From Alphaproteobacteria bacterium (GTDB lineage Bacteria > Pseudomonadota > Alphaproteobacteria > UBA828): a stretch of DNA of 64,000 bases. Shown one piece after another: positions 31,022 through 41,337 of the stretch (position 1 is its first letter; every line of letters begins with the position of its first letter). Location: assembly GCA_963667785.2 (NCBI GenBank), contig CAXXMU010000002.1, positions 192,001 through 256,000 of the forward strand, read 5' to 3'. The notes below the pieces were generated by a model. The model searched no databases. It saw only the letters and a list, made by a program, of their open reading frames with translations, and had not been told where the DNA came from. Both the position numbers and the translations under genes were made by a program.

Positions 31022-33256
31022 ATGGCGCGAATCGCATCGGACGACGCGAACGGGGGCACGGTCCAGCCCGTGCCCTTCGGCGATGCGCTGAGCGAACGCT
31101 ACCTGGCTTACGCGCTCTCCACCATCACCGCGCGCTCGCTGCCCGACGTGCGCGACGGGCTCAAGCCGGTCCAACGCCGCCTGCTCTATGCGATGCGGGC
31201 GCTGAAGCTCGACCCGGACGCGGGCTTCAAGAAGTGCGCACGCGTGGTGGGCGACGTGATCGGCAAGTATCATCCCCACGGCGATGCGGCGGTCTACGAC
31301 GCCCTGGTGCGGCTCGCGCAAACCTTCGCCGCGCGCTACGCCCTGGTCGAGGGGCAGGGCAATTTCGGCAATGTCGACGGCGACAACGCCGCGGCCATGC
31401 GCTACACCGAGGCGCGGCTGACGGCGGTGGCGCAGGCCCTGCTCGACGGACTCGACGAGGACGCCGTCGATTTCCGCGAGACCTACGACGGCGGCGATGC
31501 CGAGCCGGTGGTGTTGCCGGCCGCCTTCCCCAACCTGCTCGCCAACGGGGCGACGGGCATCGCCGTCGGGCTCGCCACCAGCATCCCGCCTCACAATGCA
31601 GGCGAGCTCTGCGATGCGCTGACGGCCCTGCTGAAGGACTCCCGGCTTTCCGCCGACGCCCTGGTGACGCTGGTGCCGGGGCCGGACTTCCCCACCGGCG
31701 GCGTGCTGGTAGAGGACCGCGCGCAGGTCGCCGAGGCCTATGCCACCGGCCGGGGCGGCTTCCGCGTCCGCGCCCGCTGGGCGAGGGAGGACCTGGGCCG
31801 CGGCCAGTATCAGGTCGTGGTTACCGAGATTCCCTATCAGGTGCAGAAGGCGCGCCTGATCGAGCGCATCGCCGAGCTTCTCCAGGCCAAGAAGCTCGCG
31901 CTGCTGGCCGACGTGCGGGACGAATCGGCCGAGGACGTGCGCATCGTGCTCGAGCCCCGCAGCCGCACCGTCGACGCCGGGCTCCTGATGGAGATGCTGT
32001 TCCGCCAGACCGAGCTGGAGACCCGCATCAGCCTTAACATGAACGTGCTGGATGCCGCCGGCGTGCCCCGCGTGATGACGCTGAAGCAGGTGCTCCAGGC
32101 CTTTCTCGACCACCGCCGCGCGGTGCTGCTGCGCCGCACCGCCCACCGGCTGGAGACCATCGCCCGACGGCTGGAGGTGCTCGGCGGCTATCTCGTCGCC
32201 TATCTCAACCTCGACGAGGTGATCCGCATCGTGCGCGAGGAGGACGAGCCGAAGCAGGCTCTGGTGGCCGCCTTCGGGGTCAGCGAGGTGCAGGCGGAGG
32301 CGATCCTCAACATGCGCCTGCGCGCGCTGCGCCGGCTCGAGGAGGCGGCGATCAGGCGCGAGCACGAGGCGCTGGAAGCGGAGCGCGCTACGCTCGAGAA
32401 GCTTGCCAACAGCACCCGCCGCCAGAAGACCGCGCTCGCTGCCGAGATCGCGGATATCAAGACGCGCTTCGGGCAGGGAACCGCGCTCGGCGCGCGGCGC
32501 ACCGCCATCGGCTCCGCACCCCAGCCCCAGGAGGTGCCGGCGGACGCGCTGGTGGAGCGCGAGCCGATCACGGTGATCTGCTCGGCCAAGGGATGGATCC
32601 GCGCGGTCAAGGGCCACGCCGGGGCGGAGGCGGCGGTGCGCTACAAGGAAGGCGACCGCGCGCGCTTCCGCTTCCACGCCGAGACCACCGACAAGCTCCT
32701 GCTCTTCGCCACCAACGGGCGCTTCTACACCCTCGCCGCGGACAAGCTCCCCGGCGGGCGCGGCTTCGGCGAGCCCGTGCGCCTCATGGTCGACCTCGGC
32801 AACGATCACGAGCCGGTCGCGCTCTTCGCCCATCGGCCCGGGCGCCGCCTGCTGGTGGCGGCCAGCGACGGGCGCGGCTTCTTCGTGCTCGAGGACGAGA
32901 CCGTCGCCCAGACGCGCAGCGGGCGGCAGGTGCTCAACCCGGCGCAAGGCGCGGAGGCCGCGGCGTGCGTCGAGGCGGCGGGCGATACGGTCGCCGTCGT
33001 GGGCTCCAACCGGCGCCTGCTGCTCTTCCCCGCGGCGGACGTGCCGACCATGGCGCGGGGGCGCGGCGTGATCCTGCAGCGCTACCGCGACGCCGCGCTC
33101 TCGGACGTGCAGGTCTTCGACCGTGCCGTGGGACTGCGCTGGCGCGCAGGCGCCGGCGTGCGGACCGAGAGCGCGCTCGACCAGTGGCACGGCAAGCGCG
33201 GCCAGGCCGGCCGCGCCGCACCGCGCGGCTTCCCCGCCGCCAACCGCTTCCTCTGA
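31022..33256 (+). CDS. parC: DNA topoisomerase IV subunit A
   Basis: [17 protein letters not shown] and [10 protein letters not shown]; no GyrA box; ParC-type C-terminus ([10 protein letters not shown]). Confidence 0.93.
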   Translation: MARIASDDANGGTVQPVPFGDALSERYLAYALSTITARSLPDVRDGLKPVQRRLLYAMRALKLDPDAGFKKCARVVGDVIGKYHPHGDAAVYDALVRLAQTFAARYALVEGQGNFGNVDGDNAAAMRYTEARLTAVAQALLDGLDEDAVDFRETYDGGDAEPVVLPAAFPNLLANGATGIAVGLATSIPPHNAGELCDALTALLKDSRLSADALVTLVPGPDFPTGGVLVEDRAQVAEAYATGRGGFRVRARWAREDLGRGQYQVVVTEIPYQVQKARLIERIAELLQAKKLALLADVRDESAEDVRIVLEPRSRTVDAGLLMEMLFRQTELETRISLNMNVLDAAGVPRVMTLKQVLQAFLDHRRAVLLRRTAHRLETIARRLEVLGGYLVAYLNLDEVIRIVREEDEPKQALVAAFGVSEVQAEAILNMRLRALRRLEEAAIRREHEALEAERATLEKLANSTRRQKTALAAEIADIKTRFGQGTALGARRTAIGSAPQPQEVPADALVEREPITVICSAKGWIRAVKGHAGAEAAVRYKEGDRARFRFHAETTDKLLLFATNGRFYTLAADKLPGGRGFGEPVRLMVDLGNDHEPVALFAHRPGRRLLVAASDGRGFFVLEDETVAQTRSGRQVLNPAQGAEAAACVEAAGDTVAVVGSNRRLLLFPAADVPTMARGRGVILQRYRDAALSDVQVFDRAVGLRWRAGAGVRTESALDQWHGKRGQAGRAAPRGFPAANRFL

Positions 33257-33285
33257 GGAGGTGGAGCCGGGCCCCGCCCGGCGCC

Positions 33286-34779
33286 TCAGAAGGCCGCGTT
33301 GACGCCCACCAGGAAGACGTCGGAGCGGGCCGAGGCATCGCTGATGGTGCGGTCCGGCACGACGTTGCCGTTCTCGTCCCTGATGCTGCCGCCGCTGATG
33401 AAGTTGAGCGGCGCGAAGCCGTCCACCCGGATGTACTCGGCGAAGAGCTTCACGCTGGGGAGCGCGAACCATGCGGCGCCGAGGACGAGCTGATCCTGCT
33501 GCTCCCACGGCGCGCCGCCGGGGCCGGCGACGAAGCGGCTGAACTCGGTCGAGAGATCGAGCGGGCTGTCGTCGGAGTCCAGCCGGTACTTCGCACCGAT
33601 GCCGAAGCTCGTCACGTCGCTGGCCGGGAACTGGGGCAGGGCGGGGTTGAAGGTCCCGGGCCACGCGTCGAGGGTCTGGGCGAACTCGCCAATGAGCGTG
33701 AGCGCGCCCGAGTCGAGCCTGCTGTAGACATCGAAGGCCGGGTTGTTGTCCTGGCAGGGCATGAAGTGAGTGACGGGAAAGTCCTGACAATAGGCCGAGC
33801 CGTGAAGATAGGAGCCTCCCAGGAGAAGCGAGTCGTCCGAACCCAGGTCAAGACGATAGTGGGTGTCCGCGGCGAGATTGTTGAGCCTGCTCGGAACGGC
33901 GGTTCCCTCCACCGGCGTGTTCGCGGCCCGGTATTGCGCTCCTCCCTGGACGCCCGTGACGGAGAGGTTGAGGGCGTCGCCCGCGTAGCCCACCGTCACG
34001 CCGTTGGCCAGCGCCCCGAAGGCGTGCCAGACGGTCGACGCGGTGAAGGGATTGACGGTGTCGGTGAGCCCGAAGGGCACGTCCATCTTGCCGACGCTGG
34101 CATAGAAGGGGAGGCGGTCGAGGTTGCCGAACAGCGCGTAGGCGCGGCGCATCTGCACCTGGTTGCGTTCGAGGTCCGTGTTGGTACCCGCGCCGAAGCT
34201 CTGCTCGGGGTCGAAGAGCATTTCGGCATGCCCGGTAATCCAGTCACCGAGCGAGACCGTGAAACCGAGCTGTGCGGAATGGATCGTCGCCTCGGAGACC
34301 TCGTCGCCTACTTGATTGTTCGCGGTGGGGTGGCGCATCAGGTAGCCGAACTTGTCCGCCCTGTTGCTGGTTTGGTAGTTGGCGATCGCCGTCACCGCCC
34401 CATGAATGCTCACGCTGTCCGGTGCGAGGGTCCCGCCCTGCCTGCGTTCGAGGAGCAGACGCTGCTTGCGGTTGATATTGGTCGTCGGATCAAGGAGTTC
34501 GTAACCCAACGTAAAGTCGGTCGTGAGAAGGCTCTCGGCTCTGTCACCGTCGGCCACGGCGGCATCGTCCGGCGAGGCTGCGTCGCGCCCGCCCCGGTCG
34601 GCCTTGAGCGCTTCGATCTCCTGTTGGAGTTGGCGGTTCTCCGCTTCGAGCCTGTCGAGGCGCTCGATCAGGTTCTCGAGAGGGTCGTCCGCATGTGCCG
34701 TCCCGACAGTCACGAACAGCGCGGTCGCGAGACCGACACTCACCGCAAGAGGCAAGAGCCCGAGATGCCTGCGCTCCAT
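33286..34779 (-). CDS. Putative outer-membrane beta-barrel (LbtU/FupA-like porin)
   Basis: Signal peptide ending AHA, N-terminal coiled coil, YALFGNLDRLPFYASVGKMDVPFG motif, amphipathic strands and C-terminal Phe. Confidence 0.6.
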   Translation of the reverse strand: MERRHLGLLPLAVSVGLATALFVTVGTAHADDPLENLIERLDRLEAENRQLQQEIEALKADRGGRDAASPDDAAVADGDRAESLLTTDFTLGYELLDPTTNINRKQRLLLERRQGGTLAPDSVSIHGAVTAIANYQTSNRADKFGYLMRHPTANNQVGDEVSEATIHSAQLGFTVSLGDWITGHAEMLFDPEQSFGAGTNTDLERNQVQMRRAYALFGNLDRLPFYASVGKMDVPFGLTDTVNPFTASTVWHAFGALANGVTVGYAGDALNLSVTGVQGGAQYRAANTPVEGTAVPSRLNNLAADTHYRLDLGSDDSLLLGGSYLHGSAYCQDFPVTHFMPCQDNNPAFDVYSRLDSGALTLIGEFAQTLDAWPGTFNPALPQFPASDVTSFGIGAKYRLDSDDSPLDLSTEFSRFVAGPGGAPWEQQDQLVLGAAWFALPSVKLFAEYIRVDGFAPLNFISGGSIRDENGNVVPDRTISDASARSDVFLVGVNAAF

Positions 34780-35131
34780 GAAAACCGGCGACCAACGTCG
34801 ACTGCGGCGACAGGCGCCGCGATCGCCTCGCCTGCTCCCCTGTGGTCCCTTGCCGGAAGCCGAGCTGAACAACGAGTGACGCACCGTGAGTCGACAGGAG
34901 TGTGGTCGATCGAGTGCCAGCGTGGCGGTGCGCGAAACTCACATAGGCCGATCTGCCGATAGTCAATCTTAATTGATATAGTCGCCATGTCATATATAGC
35001 ATGATGAGAATTCACATGCGCCCCAAGCATGGCGTGGCTGTCGAATTAACGTTCCACGCATCGAGCTGCGATGTAATTCGCTGAAAATACGGAGATGTCT
35101 GCTGGGAGAGGATGCGTTCCCTGAAGGCCGC

Positions 35132-35824
35132 TCAGCGGTCGTGGAGGCCGAAGGCGGCGGCGAGCGGCGGCGCCGCGCGCCACGGCGCCGGCCCGGCGGG
35201 GAGCCGCGGTACCAGGGCCGTCGGCAGCGGCCCCGCGTGCCGGTTGATGACCTCCGCCGTCTCCGCCGGGGGCACCGGACTCTCCACGGATTCGCTGACG
35301 ACCAGCCCCGCGATGGCGACGCCGCGCCCCCGCATGGCCGCGAGCGTGGTCAGCGTGTGGCTGATGGTGCCGAGATAGCTGCCGGCCACCACCAGCGCGG
35401 GCGCACCCAGCGCCGCCATCCAGTCGAGCACGGTGTGGCGCCCGTCGAGCGGCACCATGGCGCCGCCGATGCCCTCCACCAGCAGGGGATCGCCCTCTGC
35501 GGCGCGGCAGAAGGCGACGATCTCGTCGAGGACCAGGCTGCGCCCCTCGCGAGCCGCTGCCATGTCGGGCGAGAGGGGGGCGGAAAAGCGCCAGGGGGCG
35601 ACTGCCGCGACCGCCTCCTCGCTCGCCGGCCGGCCGAGGCTCGCCAGCAGGACGCCGGGATCGCTCTCCTCCCGCGCCGCCGGATCGTAGCCGCTCAGCA
35701 CAGGTTTAAGCGCGCGCACCGCCCGGCCTTGCGTGCGGAGCTCGTGGCAGAGCGCGGCGGCGACCAGGGTCTTGCCGATCTCGGTGCCGGTGCCGGTGAC
35801 GAAGAGGGTGCGCGCCCTGCTCAT
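35132..35824 (-). CDS. bioD: Dethiobiotin synthase
   Basis: FVTGTGTEIGKT, LKPVLSG, VEGIGG and YLGTISHT. Confidence 0.94.
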   Translation of the reverse strand: MSRARTLFVTGTGTEIGKTLVAAALCHELRTQGRAVRALKPVLSGYDPAAREESDPGVLLASLGRPASEEAVAAVAPWRFSAPLSPDMAAAREGRSLVLDEIVAFCRAAEGDPLLVEGIGGAMVPLDGRHTVLDWMAALGAPALVVAGSYLGTISHTLTTLAAMRGRGVAIAGLVVSESVESPVPPAETAEVINRHAGPLPTALVPRLPAGPAPWRAAPPLAAAFGLHDR

Positions 35825-36990
35825 TGCTCGTCCCGGTCGAGGACGCCCGCGCGCACGATGTCGGCGAGCCGCTCGATGTCGGCATCGTCGTGGCCGGCGC
35901 TGAAGGTCAGCCGCAGCCGGGCGGTGCCGTCGGGCACCGTCGGCGGCCTGATGGCGGTGACGAGAAAGCCCTCGTCCTCCAGCAGCCGGGAGGCCGCCAG
36001 CGCCCGCTCGGGCGCGCCGAGGAGGATCGGCACGATGCAGCTCTCCGGCGCCGGCAGGTTGAGCCGTGCGCAGAAGAGCGCCGCCTTGCGGAGCGGCGCC
36101 GCCACCAGGGCAGGGTCGTTCGCGATCAGGTCCAGCGCCGCGATGCTGGCCGCCACCGCGCCGGGCGGCAGGCCGGTGGAATAGATGAAGGGCCTCGCCC
36201 TCGTCCGGATCAGGTCGACGACCGGCTGCGACGCGCAGAGATAGCCGCCGTAGCTGCCGACCGCCTTGGACAGCGTGCCCATCTGCAGCGGCACGTCGAC
36301 CTTCCCGCCGGCCGCGAAGCTCGATCCGCGCCCGCCGCCGACCACGCCGATGCCGTGGGCGTCGTCGGTCATGAGCCAGGTGTCGTGGGCCGCCGCAAGC
36401 GCCGCCAGCGCCGCGACCGGTGCGAGGTCGCCGTCCATGCTGAAGACGCCGTCGGTGAGCAGCAGCGCGCGCGCATGCCCGGCGCGGTGCCGGGCCAGCA
36501 GCTCTTCCGCGTGGTCCAGATCGTTGTGGCGGAAGATCTCCACCCGCGAGCGGGAGAGCGCCGCACCGGCGCGCAGGCACGCATGGCTCAGCTCGTCCGC
36601 GAGGATCAGGTCGCCGGCGCCGACGAGGCTCGGCACGATCCCGAGATTCGCGAGGTAGCCGGAGCCGAAGACGCAGGCGTCGTCCGTGCCCTTGAGCCGG
36701 GCGAGCCGGCTCTCCAGCGCCGCGAAGAGGGGATGGTTGCCGGTCACCAGCCGCGACGCGCCGGCGCCGGCGCCCCAGCGCTCCGTGGCCTCGATCGCCG
36801 CCCGCTTGACCGCCGGATGCTGCGAGAGGTTGAGATAGTCGTTGCTGCAGAACGAGATCAGCGAGCGCCCGTCGCGCGTGACCCGGACGGCGCCGCACGG
36901 CGCGGTCTCGTGAAGGGTGCGGCGCAACTGCCGCTCGGCGAGCGCCGCGAGCTTCGCCTCGGCGAAGCGTTCGAGCGTGTCCATGCGCAC
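35821..36990 (-). CDS. bioF: 8-amino-7-oxononanoate synthase
   Basis: FCSNDYL, SGYLAN, DGVFSMDGD, DDAHG, GTLSKA and IRPPTVP. Confidence 0.94.
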   Translation of the reverse strand: MRMDTLERFAEAKLAALAERQLRRTLHETAPCGAVRVTRDGRSLISFCSNDYLNLSQHPAVKRAAIEATERWGAGAGASRLVTGNHPLFAALESRLARLKGTDDACVFGSGYLANLGIVPSLVGAGDLILADELSHACLRAGAALSRSRVEIFRHNDLDHAEELLARHRAGHARALLLTDGVFSMDGDLAPVAALAALAAAHDTWLMTDDAHGIGVVGGGRGSSFAAGGKVDVPLQMGTLSKAVGSYGGYLCASQPVVDLIRTRARPFIYSTGLPPGAVAASIAALDLIANDPALVAAPLRKAALFCARLNLPAPESCIVPILLGAPERALAASRLLEDEGFLVTAIRPPTVPDGTARLRLTFSAGHDDADIERLADIVRAGVLDRDEQ

Positions 36991-37032
36991 AGTCCCGCGC
37001 CCCCGATGCGTTGGCGGGCGACGGACCGCCGG

Positions 37033-38445
37033 CTAAATCTCCCCCTCGCGACGCAACATGCGGATTGTCTCGCGGAAGGCATCGACGGTGACGGGCAGGT
37101 CGGCTGCGGTGTTGGCCGCCGATGTCATGCCGCCGGGCCAGCCCTGGATGTCTACGCCGTTCACCAGCAGGCCGAGGCGAATCTTGTTCACGAGCGCCGG
37201 CGGGCGCTCCTTGAGCTCCGCGTAGCCGATGGCGAGGGGATCGAAGGCGGCGGGCCGGATCGCGCGCCCGCGCGGGTTCATGAAGAGGTGGAAGGACGAG
37301 AAGGTACCGTAGACCGCCCAGGGCACGCCTTCCTCCTCCAGCACCGCGTTGAGCCCGGCCCGGAGTTCCGTGCCGAAGGCGTTCGCCCTCTCGCACGCGT
37401 CCGAATCGCGCACGATCTCGAGCGCCGCCCTGCCGGCGGCGGCGGAGACCGGGTTCGCGTTGAAGGTGCCGGGATGGAAGATCTTCTCGCGGCCGCGCGC
37501 TGCGGACGCGGCGAAGTCCAGATCGTCGAGTATCTCCTTGCGCCCGGCCACCGCGCCTCCCGGCAGACCGCCGGCGACGATCTTGGCGTGGGTGCTCATG
37601 TCCGGCGTGACGCCGAAATGGCCCTGCGCGCCGCCGGGAGAGACGCGGAAGCCCGTGATCACCTCGTCGAAGATCAGCACCACGCCGTGCTTCGCCGTGA
37701 GCTCCCGCAGGAAGCCGAGGAAGTCAGGCGCGTGCGGCACCAGGCCGAAGGAGCCGCCGGTCGGCTCCAGGATCACCGCCGCGATGTCGTCGTCGGCCTC
37801 GAACGCCGCCCGCGCGGCCGCTTCGTCGCCGGGGGGCAGCAGCACCACCTGGGCTGCAAGCTCGGGCAGGACGCCGGCCGTCGGCGCGCCGTCGAAGTGC
37901 GAGGCGTAGCCCGAGGTCATGTGGTCGTGCCAGCCGTGGAAGTGGCCCTTGAAGCGCACGATCCGGTGCTTGCCGGTATGCGCCCGGGCGAGGCGGAGCG
38001 CCATGTGGGTCGCCTCGGTGCCGGACGAGGTGAAGCGCACGCGCTCCGCACACGGCACGAGCTCGCGCACGATCTCTGCCCAGCGGACCTCGCGCTCGTG
38101 ATTGGCGCCCGGATGGGTGCCGTCCGGCAGCGCCTCCCGAATCGCGTCGAGCACCTCCGGCCGGCCGTGACCCAGCAGCAGGGCGCCGTGGCCGCCGGCG
38201 TAGTCGACATACTCGTTGCCGTCCTGGTCCCACTTGCGCGAGCCCTCGGCCCGGGTGACGTAGATGCCGTAAGGCTCAAGATAGCGCGCGTCGTGGACGA
38301 TGCCGGAAGGCAGGAGCTCCCCGGCTTCGGCCGCGAGTCGAGCCGAGCCCGGCGTCTTCGCCCGGTAGGCCTGGACGATGGCAGAGTTGGACGCGCGCGA
38401 GGCGGCGTCTGCCTGCGCGCCCTCCTCGGGCATTGCGGCGCTCAT
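37033..38445 (-). CDS. Class III PLP aminotransferase (glutamate-1-semialdehyde aminomutase-like)
   Basis: SSGTEAT, FHGWHD, FDEVITGFR, AKIVAGGLPGGA and GTFNANP. Confidence 0.88.
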   Translation of the reverse strand: MSAAMPEEGAQADAASRASNSAIVQAYRAKTPGSARLAAEAGELLPSGIVHDARYLEPYGIYVTRAEGSRKWDQDGNEYVDYAGGHGALLLGHGRPEVLDAIREALPDGTHPGANHEREVRWAEIVRELVPCAERVRFTSSGTEATHMALRLARAHTGKHRIVRFKGHFHGWHDHMTSGYASHFDGAPTAGVLPELAAQVVLLPPGDEAAARAAFEADDDIAAVILEPTGGSFGLVPHAPDFLGFLRELTAKHGVVLIFDEVITGFRVSPGGAQGHFGVTPDMSTHAKIVAGGLPGGAVAGRKEILDDLDFAASAARGREKIFHPGTFNANPVSAAAGRAALEIVRDSDACERANAFGTELRAGLNAVLEEEGVPWAVYGTFSSFHLFMNPRGRAIRPAAFDPLAIGYAELKERPPALVNKIRLGLLVNGVDIQGWPGGMTSAANTAADLPVTVDAFRETIRMLRREGEI

Positions 38446-39176
38446 GCCGCGGACCGGTCGATGTAGGGGTCCACGGCCGCACGCACGGCCTTGGCGACCG
38501 CGACCGCGCTTGGCGTGTCCGAATGGACGCAGACGGTCTCCGCCTTCGTCGGCACGTCCTTGCCGTTGACGGAGCGGATCACGCCCTCCTCGACCACGCG
38601 CATCACCTGCTCGACCGCCTTCTCCGGCGCGACCGACTTGTGCTCCCGGGTGATGATGCAGCGGCCCTCGTCGTCATAGTCGAGGTCGGCGAAGATCTCC
38701 CAGACCACGTCCGTGTAGGTGGGCCAGACGGTCTCGTGCATGGTGCCGGTGGTGCCGTACATGGGAACGCCGAAGACTTGCGCCGCCTCGGCACAGGCGT
38801 GCGCCACGTCCTCGTCGATCCAGGCGGCGCCGTAGAGGGCGCCATGCGGCTTCAGGTGGTTGAGCTCCATGCCCTCCATCTCGAGGAAGCCCTTCAGCGC
38901 GCCGCACTGATAGATGATGGTGTCGCGCAGCTCCGTGCGGTCCATCTTCATGAAACGCCGGCCGAAGCCGTCCCGGTCCGGAAAGGAGGGATGCGCGCCG
39001 ACCTTCACGCCGTGCTGCTTGGCGAGCACGACGGTCGCGTGCATCACGCCCGGGTCGGAAGCGTGAAAGCCGCAGGCGACGTTGGCCGAGGTGATGTAGG
39101 GCATGATCGCCTCGTCGTCGCCGCAGGTGTAGATGCTGTACGCCTCGCCCATGTCGCAGTTGATGTCGATCCCCAT
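38442..39176 (-). CDS. pxpA: 5-oxoprolinase subunit A (LamB/YcsF family)
   Basis: IDINCDMGE, ANVACGFHASDP, GAHPSFPD, KPHGALY and CVHSDTP. Confidence 0.88.
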   Translation of the reverse strand: MGIDINCDMGEAYSIYTCGDDEAIMPYITSANVACGFHASDPGVMHATVVLAKQHGVKVGAHPSFPDRDGFGRRFMKMDRTELRDTIIYQCGALKGFLEMEGMELNHLKPHGALYGAAWIDEDVAHACAEAAQVFGVPMYGTTGTMHETVWPTYTDVVWEIFADLDYDDEGRCIITREHKSVAPEKAVEQVMRVVEEGVIRSVNGKDVPTKAETVCVHSDTPSAVAVAKAVRAAVDPYIDRSAA

Positions 39177-39374
39177 GGTCTCCCCCGCCGCTCCGTCGCC
39201 CGCTCGCCCCCTGTCGCGGGCGCGAGACGAGCACCATTGGCCAACCGTAACAGGAATGCGCTGCAATCTCGATTCCGTCGCCCGCGCCCTCGCCCGGCCC
39301 GCGCTGGCCGGGTGACTGTTCGCGCCGGGGGTGTGTGGTTGTTATATGGCTGAGGAGTCGGAGCCCGAGTCGCA

Positions 39375-40187
39375 ATGAATGCGCCCGCCGATGCCGTGGC
39401 CAGGGCCGGTCGATCTGTGCAGCACGCGCTCGATCGCTTGAAGAAGTATCGGGTGGCGGCGGGGCTCCTGTCCGTCGCCGGCCTCGTTCTCGGCACCCTG
39501 CGCGACCTGGCGCCGATCATCGCGGTGGTCGCGGTCTTCCAGCTCGCGGTCCTGCGCCAGCCCTTCCCCGATCTCGGCGGCATGATCGGCGGGCTGGTGC
39601 TGGTGATGCTGGGCCTCGCGCTCTTCATCAAGGGGCTGGAGATGGGCCTCTTCCCGCTGGGCGAGAGCCTGGCGCAGGCGTTTGCGCACAAGGGCAGCCT
39701 GGCCTGGCTCCTCGTCTTCGCCTTCGCGCTCGGCTTCGGCACCACGGTGGCAGAGCCGGCGCTGATCGCGGTCGCGGGCGAGGCCGCCAGGGTCGCCGCC
39801 GAGGCGGGCATCATCGCGCCTGACGAGGACGCGCGGGACTCCTACGCGATCGGCCTGCGCTACACGGTCGCGGTCTCCGTCGGCGTCGGCATCACCATCG
39901 GCGTGCTGCGAATCCTGAAGGGCTGGCCGCTCCACTACTGGATCATCGGCGGCTACGTCATTGCGATGGGCCTCACCTTCCTCGCGCCCGACGAGATCGT
40001 CGGCATCGCCTACGATTCCGGCGGCGTCACCACCGGCCCCGTCACCGTGCCCATGGTGACGGCGCTCGGCGTCGGCCTTGCCGCGGCGATCCGCGGGCGC
40101 AACCCGCTGATCGACGGCTTCGGTCTCATCGCCTTCGCGAGCCTGACGCCTATCATCTTCGTGCTCGTCTACGGCATCGTGTTCTGA
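39375..40187 (+). CDS. DUF1538 family membrane protein
   Basis: Multi-TM; [20 protein letters not shown] and [12 protein letters not shown]. Confidence 0.85.
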   Translation: MNAPADAVARAGRSVQHALDRLKKYRVAAGLLSVAGLVLGTLRDLAPIIAVVAVFQLAVLRQPFPDLGGMIGGLVLVMLGLALFIKGLEMGLFPLGESLAQAFAHKGSLAWLLVFAFALGFGTTVAEPALIAVAGEAARVAAEAGIIAPDEDARDSYAIGLRYTVAVSVGVGITIGVLRILKGWPLHYWIIGGYVIAMGLTFLAPDEIVGIAYDSGGVTTGPVTVPMVTALGVGLAAAIRGRNPLIDGFGLIAFASLTPIIFVLVYGIVF

Positions 40188-40194
40188 GGAGGGG

Positions 40195-40983
40195 GTGGTG
40201 GATCTGCTCGTCGTCATACCCTCTGCGGCCCTCGACACGGTGCTGGACGTCGCGCCGCTGATCGGCCTCGTGCTGTTCTTCCAGATCGTCTTCCTGCGCC
40301 GGCGCCCGGCGAACCTGGGCCGCATGGTCGTCGGCTTCGTCTACGTGGTGATCGGGCTCGTGCTCTTCCTCATCGGGCTGGAGGAGGCGCTCTTCCCGCT
40401 CGGCAGGACGATGGCGGCGCAGCTCACCGACGCGGCGTTCCTCGACCTCGCGGCAGGCGCGGCCGCGCACTGGCTCGACTACGGCTGGGTCTACGCCTTC
40501 GCTGCGGCCATCGGCTTCGGCACCACCATCGCCGAGCCCTCCCTCATGGCCGTGGCCCACAGGGCCGACGCGGCCTCGGGCGGGACGATCAGACCCTGGG
40601 GCCTGCGGATCGCGGTCGCCGTCGGCGTTGCCGTCGGAGTCGGGCTCGGCAGCGTGCGCATCGTCACCGGAGTGCCGCTGCACTACCTCATCATGGCGGG
40701 CTACGCGATCGTGATCGTGCAGACGGTCTTTTCGTCGCGCAGCATCATCCCGCTCGCCTACGATTCCGGCGGCGTCACCACGTCGATCGTGACCGTGCCG
40801 CTGGTCGCGGCCCTCGGCCTCGGGCTCGCGTCCAACGTGCCCGGCCGCAGCCCGCTGATCGACGGCTTCGGCCTCATCGCGTTTGCCAGCGTCTTCCCCA
40901 TCATCGCGGTTCTGGGCTATGCCCAGCTCTCGTCGCTGCTGGAAGCCGCGCGCAAGCGCCGCTCCTCCGTGAAGGGAGACTGA
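40195..40983 (+). CDS. DUF1538 family membrane protein (paralogue)
   Basis: Same motifs: [20 protein letters not shown] and [12 protein letters not shown]. Confidence 0.85.
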   Translation: MVDLLVVIPSAALDTVLDVAPLIGLVLFFQIVFLRRRPANLGRMVVGFVYVVIGLVLFLIGLEEALFPLGRTMAAQLTDAAFLDLAAGAAAHWLDYGWVYAFAAAIGFGTTIAEPSLMAVAHRADAASGGTIRPWGLRIAVAVGVAVGVGLGSVRIVTGVPLHYLIMAGYAIVIVQTVFSSRSIIPLAYDSGGVTTSIVTVPLVAALGLGLASNVPGRSPLIDGFGLIAFASVFPIIAVLGYAQLSSLLEAARKRRSSVKGD

Positions 40984-40986
40984 ACG

Positions 40987-41337
40987 ATGCGTTTCAAGCT
41001 GATCATGGCGCTCGTGGATTCGAGCGAGACCGAGTCCGTTCTCCTCGCCGGCCGCCGCAGCGGCGCCACCGGCGCCACCATCGTCACGGGCTGCCGCGGT
41101 GAGGGGCTGGAGCCGGAAAAGACCTTTCTCGGCTTGAGACTGACCGGCCAGCGGGACATCCTGTTGTTCCTCGTGGAGGAGCACATGAGCCGGGCCGTCC
41201 TCGAGGGGATCGCCACGGCCGCGGCATTCGAGGAGAAGTCGGGGACGGGGATCGCCTTTCAGATCGCCATCGAGGACGCCGTCGGCCTCTCAAGCCAGAT
41301 GGCCGAGATCAAGCACGAAATCGAGGACCAGATATGA
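40987..41337 (+). CDS. PII-like signalling protein (non-GlnB/K)
   Basis: 116 aa; GATGATI..RGEG and GTGIAFQIAIEDAVG fit the PII fold; no T-loop Tyr. Confidence 0.8.
   Translation: MRFKLIMALVDSSETESVLLAGRRSGATGATIVTGCRGEGLEPEKTFLGLRLTGQRDILLFLVEEHMSRAVLEGIATAAAFEEKSGTGIAFQIAIEDAVGLSSQMAEIKHEIEDQI

Noticed and set aside
30800-33790. Very long alternative ORFs (e.g. 30800-33790, 35824-38466, 56667-60053, 5760-7796)
   Set aside because: Shadow or off-frame ORFs over well-supported genes, expected at high GC; Arg/Ala/Gly-rich with no motifs
34795-34860. GAGCAGGC motif reminiscent of a NiCo or cobalamin riboswitch in the porin leader
   Set aside because: The other conserved elements of these aptamers are not present; a short motif alone is insufficient
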